Origin: Macrostomum lignano
Taxonomy: Eukaryota
Direction: 5' to 3'
Assembly: GCA_002269645.1 (NCBI GenBank)
Contig: NIVC01004148.1
Span: forward strand, 1-57,937
Length of the DNA: 57,937 nt
In this document: positions 49,226 to 57,937 of the stretch, one piece after another
Layout of the letters: every line of letters starts with the position of its first letter
Position numbering within the stretch: the stretch's first letter is position 1
Position numbers and translations under genes: made by a program
The notes under the pieces: model-generated
Database searches by the model: none
What the model saw: only the letters and a program-made list of their open reading frames with translations
What the model was told of the DNA's origin: nothing

Positions 49226-51159
49226 AATGCTATTTGCGCCCAGTTCGAGTCTGGAAGTATGAGCACCGAAATCAGTATAAGCTGCTCACAGTTTCTCATG
49301 CAGCCTCTTCATGCCACTTCCCTGCACCCCCCGACTCTCCCACTCTCGATTCCCTCACAGAACGGCTGAATCACGGGCCCAGCTCAATCCCCGATCTATT
49401 TGCAGTCTCCGTCAAAGTTGAAAAACTACTTGAAAGTCCGTCTGACTCCGGCAGTCCCCAGCGCCCCCATGGCGGGCCGCTCCGCCCAGCTTCTCTGCAG
49501 GCGGTCTGTTTTGCGGCCGCCACTTTTTGGAACCCGCAGGTCTCCGCTGTTTGCCGGCACGCGAGACTCGAGTGGCTAAAAAGAGACTTGCGGGCCCTGC
49601 ACTATCAGCCCACATGGTTGGTGCCCCGCCCAGGTGCCAACAGACCTGGGGTCAGGTGTCATGCACGGCCCCGATGGCTTCATCGTTTTTTGCCTTCTCA
49701 GCTTTTCTGCGCTCGCAGAATCCCACAGCGTGCGGTAGACGGCCGCAGCCCCTTCACACCAATTTTGCCTTCTTGGCGGAGCGAAAGCCGCGGGAGGCTG
49801 ACGATGCGGGCCCGAGTCGCTCTCGCCCTGGTGATGGCATGAGGGCTCTTCGGAGCGGCCTCAAATTACAGCTTGAGCAGCCTCTGAGCCCCGTGAGCGA
49901 TCGGCCAGAATCGACAGATAAAAACAGTTGAGCTGGCTGGCTGACGGCAGATTACGATGAGGCAGACAGATGGGAGCTGCAGACTCTCCAGAGCAGAGAC
50001 CTGTTGTTGTTGTTGAGCCCGCTGAGCAAACTGCAGCGAAGTTAAAGCCGCCTGCCGTGCAAGATGTTTGCTGACCCCCCTGACCCCGGCCGTGGCCTCC
50101 TTAAGCAGTTCCGCGGTGCCACGCGAGTGCAACAGCGGAGTAGCTGGCGTGCGGCCAGGTGGGGCAGGTGGGCTTAGGGTAGGAGGCGAGTCGGTGGCTA
50201 CAAGTTGTTTGTTGTGACACGGGGCGGTCGCGATTGGAAACAAACAGAAGGAACTGAGGCTGAGCACAGGGCTCTGTGAGGCGCGGGCGTCAGTGAGAGT
50301 GGCTGATGCTCAAGCTGCCGACCTCGATGACATTGCAATGACACCGCATTCTGAGCTCTATTTACCCTCGGAGAATTTGAAATAAATACAGATAGGCTCT
50401 ACTTTCAGAGAAGGCATGACTTATCTGGTATAGGCATAGTGATGCTTTCAATTGAGTAGGGCTGCCTGGCGTTTCATGCCTGAGCACTGCCGCAAACTGC
50501 TGCTCAAGCTGCCCCGGCTCTCCAAAAACAGATCAGAGCAGACACTCAGACGCGGATGAATCGAGCTCGGCGTGAAGAGCCAGCGATGGAGCGCCACCCC
50601 AGACTCGCAGGCGCCAGCCGCGCACATAAATAAAACAATACATCAACTGACACCCAGAAAGAAAGCCATTGCGGTTGAATTCCCGTGACGAAGTCCTCAA
50701 GAAATCCCTGGCAAGAATATGCTAATTTGAAGAGGCGACCGCCAGTCGGCCTGAGACGGGCAGGGGCCACGTGGCACCGCCCAGGGGGTCAGCGAGTCTC
50801 TCAAGGCGCAGTAAACCGCCCGGAGGGGGCGGGAGACCCAATAAACAACGGGCGATCAAGTGGCCGGGGCGGCAGCGCGCCACGAGGCTCAGGTGACAAA
50901 ACTTGCGGCTCTCGCGCTGTCAGCTGCTGCCAGCGACTGTCGGGAAATCATTGCAACACCGGCACTTCAACAGCAACTCTTGAGAACTGCTTTTTTGCTC
51001 CGCATCGGTCCCGGCGTCTTAAGATGAAGCGCATATATTTCTGGGGAAACGCGTGCCGCACTTAGCGGGCTGGGAGCTGGGCCCAGATTCTGGACAGGTA
51101 AAGGTGATGATGAGCTTTATGGCCAGCTGGTCTACTGGAACGGCACAATGGGCCAGACT

Positions 51160-51675
51160 GAATGCTGAGATATCTGCTGCAAAACTGTACAGCTGAGATA
51201 TCTGCTGCATAACTGCACAGCTGAGATATCTGCTGCATAACTGCACAGCTGAGATATCTGCTGCATAACTGCACAGCTGAGATATCTGCTGCATAACTGC
51301 ACAGCTGAGATATCTGCTGCATAACTGCACAGCTGAGATATCTGCTGCATAACTGCACAGCTGAGATATCTGCTGCATAACTGCACAGCTGAGATATCTG
51401 CTGCATAACTGCACAGCTGAGATATCTGCTGCATAACTGCACAGCTGAGATATCTGCTGCATAACTGCACAGCTGAGATATCTGCTGCATAACTGCACAG
51501 CTGAGATATCTGCTGCATAACTGCACAGCTGAGATATCTGCTGCATAACTGCACGGCTGAGATATCTGCTGCATAACTGCACAGCTGAGATATCTGCTGC
51601 ATAACTGCACGGCTGAGATATCTGCTGCATAACTGCACAGCTGAGATATCTGCTGCATAACTGCACAGCTGAGAT
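51160..51675. repeat. 28-bp minisatellite (gagatatctgctgcataactgcacagct), ~18 copies
   Basis: Visible directly. Confidence 0.95.
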
Positions 51676-52270
51676 TATCCAGCAAGCCACTGAGCAGAGG
51701 CTGGCCAGGCCATGAAATCTGAGCTCCGCCCGCAGCCAGGCCAGGCACTTGGAGGCAGACAGCCTCATTCCCGAACCGGGGGGGGGGGATAATCTTTGAC
51801 AAGCGACACAGGCAGGCCAGCACAGGCAGTGTTTGCTCTCGCTGCTTGTTAAATAGATGGCGGCTCAAGTGGCTGAGTGGCGGCTCATCACGGCGCTATG
51901 AGCCCCGCTGATCGGACAAAAAACACCCCGTGTGCGAGCTGCATGCAAGCCGTCCCACGGATTAAACAAACAGCAAGCCGGCGCAGGCTGAGCTGCTCCA
52001 AAGAACCAATTGCCCGGTGCCGGTGGCAGTGCCTCGGATTTGTTTTCAGCATCGATGCGGCAAAGTCAGAGCCGCAATTCACGCACACTACTGTACACAG
52101 TAGTGAACAGAGTTTATTTAAACAAACAGAGGGCCGATGTAAATGCGCTGTGAAGCAGGCAGGATCATCAGGATTCTATTAGTCGTATGCGATGCGAGTT
52201 CGAATCAGCCTACTGGCAGTAGCAATGCAAGTAGAATGCCCTAGATATCCGGCAGCAACTCGGTCTCGGG

Positions 52271-55241
52271 TCAGTCCTGGCCGCTGCCGCGCCTTCTCTT
52301 GGCGTCCCGCCGCGCAGTGTCCAGCAGGAAGTGGTACAGCGTGCCCGTGCTCTGCAGCAGGTGCTGCTGCCCGCCCTCCTCCTCTCCCTGGCGCCGCTTC
52401 AGGTCCCGGCGCCGCTCCTCCTCCTGCTGCTCCTCTCGCTCGCGCACCTGCCTGACCAGGTCCGCCTTGCCCCCGCCGCCCGCGTCGGCTGCGCCCGCGT
52501 CCTTGGAAACCAGCCTGGCAACCAGGTCCAGCTGCAGGGCGGGCCCGTGCGAGTGTGACTCGGCCACGGAAACGCGCACAACCAGGTGGTCGAACAGGCT
52601 GTACACCTGCTGCTTCTGCTCAGGCCCGGTGCTCACCCGCAGGCTGCCGCCACTGGGGTCTCTGGAGACGCTCGCACCGCTGCCGGCCGGAATCCAGCGG
52701 GGCCCGCAGCCGTCCGGTGCGGCCTCGGCCAGAGGGGGCGCTGCCTGCACTGAGCGGAGGTCGCGAGCCGGCGGCCCGGCGTCCAGCACGGAGCCGTCGC
52801 TGCGAGCCAGCCGCACGGAGCCCTTGATGCCGTACCTGCGAGCGGGCGCGGTGGTTGCCAATTGCCAAGGACTGGGGTCGATCGCCGATATGTATCGTAA
52901 ACAACTTTATAAACCACTTTGTAAAACACCGCAATTGAGGCTTGAGACTCCAACCAACCATTGTCAGCGTCAGACCGCTTTCAGCTTTATCAGGGATCAT
53001 CAGTCAGTGGCATTAGACAGATAGGTGAGCGAGACAAAAAGAGAGGTAGAGAGTGAAAGCGAAACGGGGGGAGAGAGGGAAACAGAGAGAGGCAGAGATT
53101 AGGGAGACAGAGGGGAGAGAGGGAGGCGGGGATGGGGAGACAGAGGGGAGAGAGGGAGGCGGGGATGGGGAGACAGAGGGGAGAGAGGGAGGCGGGGATG
53201 GGGAGACAGAGGGGAGAGAGGGAGGCGGGGATGGGGAGACAGAGGGGAGAGAGGGAGGCGGGGATGGGGAGACAGAGGGGAGAGAGGGAGGCGGGGATGG
53301 GGAGACAGAGGGGAGAGAGGGAGGCGGGGATGGGGAGACAGAGGGGAGAGACAGAGGGGAGAGAGGGAGGCGGGGATGGGGAGACAGATGGGAGAGAGAG
53401 AGGCAGAGATGAGGGAGACAGAGGGAGAGAGAGAGGCGGGGATGGGGAGACAAAGGGGAGAGAGGGAGGCGGGGATGGGGAGACAGGTGAGGAGAGGTAG
53501 GAGAGAGAATTCTGATGTGTCAGGAAGGCAATATCTCGCGAGTTTCGGGAGCAGCAAGCGCATCGGTGTTAGCATACATGGAGAGCTGTGGAGGGTACAG
53601 TAAGCCGCACCCGGACGCAATGCTCTGAGCCTCTCACCTGGGCACGAAGACGCCGATGCTGGAGTCGCGCACCTGGCAGACCACAGCCTCCACCAGCCGG
53701 AGCGGGTCGGTGGGCGGCCTGGCCCTGAAGAACAGGCACTGGAATAGCTGCATGCTGGCCATCTGCGCGTGCTGGGCGGCCCGGTGCCGCTCGTTCATGA
53801 GGCAGCACTGCGCCTCCAGCTCCTGGTTGGGCAGCAGCGCGTCCTCGGCCTCGGAGTCGCCCAACGCGGCCAGCAGGCAGCGGTGCACCAGGATGTCGGC
53901 GTAGCGCCGGATGGGGGAGGTGAAGTGGGTGTACAGGTCCAGCGCCAGGCCGTAGTGCGCGAACTGGTCCCTGGGCAGGGCACCGGTGCTGAAGTACAGC
54001 GCGTTGGACATGGCCTGTGTGGCCAGGGTGCGCAGGATGCGGTTCACCTCGGGTCGGCCGGTCCACGCAACTGTCCAGCGACTCGGCCAGCTGCCGGTTG
54101 CTGTCTGCCTTGATGGTGAAGCCGCGGGCCTGAGCGCAGCGGATCAGGGAGTCGAAGAACTCCTGGCGCGGCGGCGGGTGGCGCCGCAGACAGGACTGAC
54201 TGGGGTAGTAGGCCACGATCTTGCGGGCCACCCAGTGGTTGGCGAATATCATGCACTCTGCGATCACCTGTGGGTGGGGCGGCTCGGGATTAAATGGGAC
54301 GCGACAGGTGTGCCAGGATGGCACAGGTGAAATGAAGATGATGAAGATGAACTAAGGTGAGATGTGATGAGACAGGTAAGATGAGGTGAGACAGGTGAGA
54401 TGTGATTAGACAGGTGAGATGAAGATGAGACAGGTGAGATGAAGATGAAACAGGTGTGATGAAGATGAGACAGGTGAGATGAAGATGAAACAGGTGTGAT
54501 GAAGATGATACAGGTGAGATGGGGTCAGACAGGTGTGATGAAGATGAGACGGGTCAAGCCCAAGCACCAAGGCAGTCCAGACTCACCTCGTGCATCTGCA
54601 GAGGCGCCTTGGGCACCAGGTCCTCCAGCTGGGTTCGCTCCGGGTCGGCGAACTTGGCCTGCACCTCGACACCCTCGAGCTCGAGCCCGCCGCAGGCCAT
54701 CCGCCTGGCCTTGATGGTGTTGGCCACGCCCACCAATAGGCTGACGGCCTCCCGCAGCTGGGCGAAGCGGCGGCGTAGCAGGTCGCGGTCTCGCTTGAGC
54801 AGCGGCGCGAGCTCCGGGATGTCCGGCACGGCTGTCTCCATGGCTTCGCCGTCGTGGATCCGCTGGGCCATCTCGTAGAACAGCTTGTAGGCGGAGCGGA
54901 TCACGGTGCGGCCGTACCACACACTGACCACCTCCGTGTCCGGGGTCAGCTCCCAAATCACCGACACGGCGTACCTGTCCACCTGCGGGCGTGACGAGTT
55001 AGACATACCTGAAATCCGGCTCAGATCTGAGTCAGGTGTCAGATCCGCAGCACTCACCTGACTCCACAGAGAGCAGAGGTTGCCGGACAGCAGCAGTGGT
55101 AGCATGTCGTACCGCCTGTCAGCCAGGTAGATGCTGGTGCAGCGCTGCCTGGCCTCAATGTCGCACAGCGAGTTGGCCTTCACAAAGTGGGTCACATCGG
55201 CGATGTGCACCCCCAATTCGATGTTGCCGTTGTCCAGCCGC
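52271..55241 (-). CDS. DIS3L: DIS3-like exonuclease 1, 3' half (RNB domain and C-terminus). Exons 55241-55058, 54982-54587, 54267-53638, 52835-52271; 5' exons lie outside the window
   Basis: [87 protein letters not shown]. There is an apparent frameshift at ~54050 (2 bases short of DPADPEVN). Confidence 0.9.
53050..53490. repeat. 33-bp purine-rich minisatellite in a DIS3L intron
   Basis: Unit gagagagggaggcggggatggggagacagaggg. Confidence 0.93.
54326..54550. repeat. ~20-bp gacaggtgagatgaagatga array in a DIS3L intron
   Basis: Visible directly. Confidence 0.85.
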
Positions 55242-55835
55242 CTGCCAAGTATCCGAAAATATGAGTGGCATCGGGATTGATTTACAAGTCAAACTAATGA
55301 ATAGGTATCAAGACAGGGTAAAACTGACAAGTGAGCTTCAAGTAGAGTCACGATCTTAGCTGCTCAATCAAACAGCTTCAAAGAAAGAAAAATGCCGACA
55401 AGTTAACTCTGAGGAAATTGGTTCGCCCTCCACCTGCGCCAACCTTCATCCTGTCGAGCCGTAACCCCCCCCCCTCTACAACTAGCCAATTATCTGCTTC
55501 TGGGCGGCTTTTTTCATTTCCGGAATCAGAATGCTGCGGGAGGCCAAATCAGTGGAGTTTCCAGAGCGGAAGCAGTTTTCAGACCCGATCGGCAGTCTTA
55601 AGGCATGCACGGACACGGCTTCTACCCGTTGGAAGCTAATAAAAAACTAGAGCTCGCATTCTGCAGGTAGAGGAAGTCAAAGAAGCGCTCGACAAAAGAA
55701 GTTATTAATTGCTCGGCCTGCGTAAAGCTAAAAAAGACAAAGAAAATGTCTAATCGGTTGCGGTGATACAGGAAGCTTCGTCATACAGGAAGGTCTGAAG
55801 TACTTTAACAGATTTGCCATTTAGTTTGTGACAGC

Positions 55836-57937
55836 ATGATGAACTGGCTGTCATTGCTGATACTGCTGCTGCCTTCCTGTTGCTGGGGCCAGCTCACCGA
55901 TGCTGAGAAGCAGGAGGGCTTGCAGTTTACCAATCACCTCAGGCGCAATGTGGTGCCAGAGCTGGTGACATGAACGGCGTGTGAGTCTTTAATATGTAGA
56001 CAGTAATATACACTGGCTTCGAGACTACGAGACCAGGACTCCAGCACCGGGAGAAGTTGCTGCTAGAAAGCGTCTTTCCAAGACGCGAAAATTCTTTCTA
56101 ACCAAGACGCGTAAATTCCAGACACGAACGAATCATTGCAGTTAATTTTATCCTCGTACACAGCTATGGGACGACAACCTGCGCCAGCTGGCCCAGAGCG
56201 CTGCTGACAAGTGCATCTTCCAGCACAACTACGACGGGCCATACGCCGGCTTAGGCGAGAATGTCTACAAAGGCGCCCGGCGCAACCTGTCCGAGATCTT
56301 CATGTTCATGTTCCTAGAGAGGGAGAACTTCAACTTCAAGACTTCCTCGTGCAATATCAACAGCGGCAGCAAGTACTCGATGTTTACAAACCTGCGGCCA
56401 CTACCTGCAGCTGGTGTCGGCCAATGTAATGCGCATGGGCTGCGGGCTGAAGCAGTGCCCCGACGGCAACCTCGTCTTCTGCGAGTATAACAAGTAAGCC
56501 TCTTAACTAATGATTTTTCCAGCTTCCATTGCATCAGCAGGGCAGACTTCACAAACCCTCCAAATCGGTAACAGGAGTGATGAACCCGCCTACGAAGCCG
56601 GGGAACCTGGCACCAAGTGCCGCCACCTGATGGCGTCCTACTCGCAGAACGGACTTGTTACTACAAGGGTATCGGAGAGCCCCTATCAGCGGCAGCTGGT
56701 GTGAGCTCGCATCAACTTAAGTACAATGGCTGCTTCACTCAGACACTAGTCTGACTGCACTAAACATTGCAGACTGCAAGATCACCTGCCTGAACTACGG
56801 CAACAGAACGGACGACGGGATTCAGTGCAAGTGTACTTGTCCGCTTGGCTTCTACGGAATGCGATGCGAGTGTAAGTTGCGCATTTTCTAAACCAAATTT
56901 GCAACAGCAAATATTTATTATTGCTCTAAAATATTTATTACACCGCAGTGAAGACGGCGCAACGCGCCGAACGTGCCAAACGACTGTACGGCTCAGCTAG
57001 TCAGTGTAAGAATGGCGGCACCCCCACAATGAACGGAGACGTGTGCAAATGCGTCTGTCCAGCTAACTATCGCGGCGACACCTGCGAAGGTGAGATTTGG
57101 GATCTAGAAGACGGACTGTATCCAGGATACTTATACACAAGTGCCTTCTTATTGAAAACTAGCTGACTGCTTATAAAGCTTGCCAGAGAATGCAAGATGC
57201 ATTTATGAGGCTGCAGAGAATGCAAGCCAGAAGCATAACTGAAATTTGAACCCTACAATTAAAAACCAGCCATTTCTTAAAAATGCTGCAACCTGCAGAG
57301 AATATCGCTCAAGCTGACAACAGCGTGTTCTGGTACTTCGGGGAGACAATGCTGTACTCGAGCTACTACCCGGTGGATCCGCAAATCGTAAGTTGCCTCA
57401 GCGCCAGCCAGTCGGACTAGGTAACGACGTAGTGCTCAAACTGATTGCCGATCATTTCAGTGGACTAAAAAGTACGTGCAGAAAACCCTGCAGTACTACC
57501 TGACCACGGAGCTGAACAAATACTGCAAGGCCAACTACGCAGCCTGCTGCCCGAACGGAGGCAGCGCTACAAGCAGCAACGACATTGTTGGCTACGGAGA
57601 CCTGCTGCTCACGGACAATTACCCGCAAAATGCGCTGGACGGATCGCTCAAGATTGGAGTGCACTACCGCATGCAGGACGCTACGGCGAGCACCTGCGGA
57701 GGTAGGCCGGACTCGCCTTATTGATTTAAGAAGGAACCTATTCGCTTTTTAACTTTTTTAGCATTGCTTTTTAACTTTTTTAGCATTGCTTTTAGCAGAA
57801 ATATAAGGACATGACTGCTGACGATAGATATAAATCCGCACATGCTTGTCTTTAACTTTCTTCCATGGACCGCTAATTTAACAGGACCTTCAACTCCCTA
57901 CGTGAACCGCAATGCAGTTCTGACGGCAGCTGCGAAA
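55836..57937 (+). CDS. Secreted CAP (SCP/CRISP/PR-1) domain protein with two EGF-like repeats, multi-exon, running off the window end
   Basis: Signal peptide MMNWLSLLILLLPSCCWG; WDDNLRQLAQSAADKCIFQH; LGENVY; CGHYLQLVSANVMRMGCG...VFCEYN; CLNYG...CKCTCPLGFYGMRCE; CKNGG...CVCPANYRGDTCE. Apparent indels at ~55960 and ~56385. Confidence 0.82.

Noticed and set aside
47481-50267. ORFs of 130-230 aa in the ASCL-DIS3L interval
   Set aside because: They start in minisatellites, lack the GC3 bias of real exons here, and show no domain motifs.
54040-56400. DIS3L and the CAP gene as pseudogenes
   Set aside because: The lesions are isolated 1-2-base deficits, mostly in short runs, with otherwise intact motifs and splice sites. 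Consensus error is more likely, though unproven.

Overview
Repeat-rich animal genomic DNA. The GC3-rich exons and the private minisatellite in most introns suggest a flatworm such as Macrostomum, which is inference only. The main feature is a complete ~16-kb KDZ (Kyakuja-Dileera-Zisupton) DNA transposon at 220-16283. It has an exact 8-bp TSD (CGATTATT), kb-scale terminal inverted repeats containing a minisatellite, a 10-exon KDZ transposase gene (-), a convergent HMG-box-like accessory gene (+) and an unresolved ~3.7-kb centre. A near-identical pair of DD37D (maT) Tc1/mariner elements is present: one at a 3' splice site of the KDZ transposase gene, one in an intronic minisatellite 19.5 kb away. 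Host genes are an EPT1/SELENOI-type CDP-alcohol phosphotransferase (7 exons, start 345 bp after the KDZ element), TM9SF1, an ASCL3/4/5-type bHLH gene, the 3' half of DIS3L, and a secreted CAP+EGF gene nested antisense in a DIS3L intron. MITEs, a Tc1 relic, a tRNA-derived SINE and about 20 tandem arrays fill the rest. All exon models were built by hand from GT/AG sites and phase. No database search was run.
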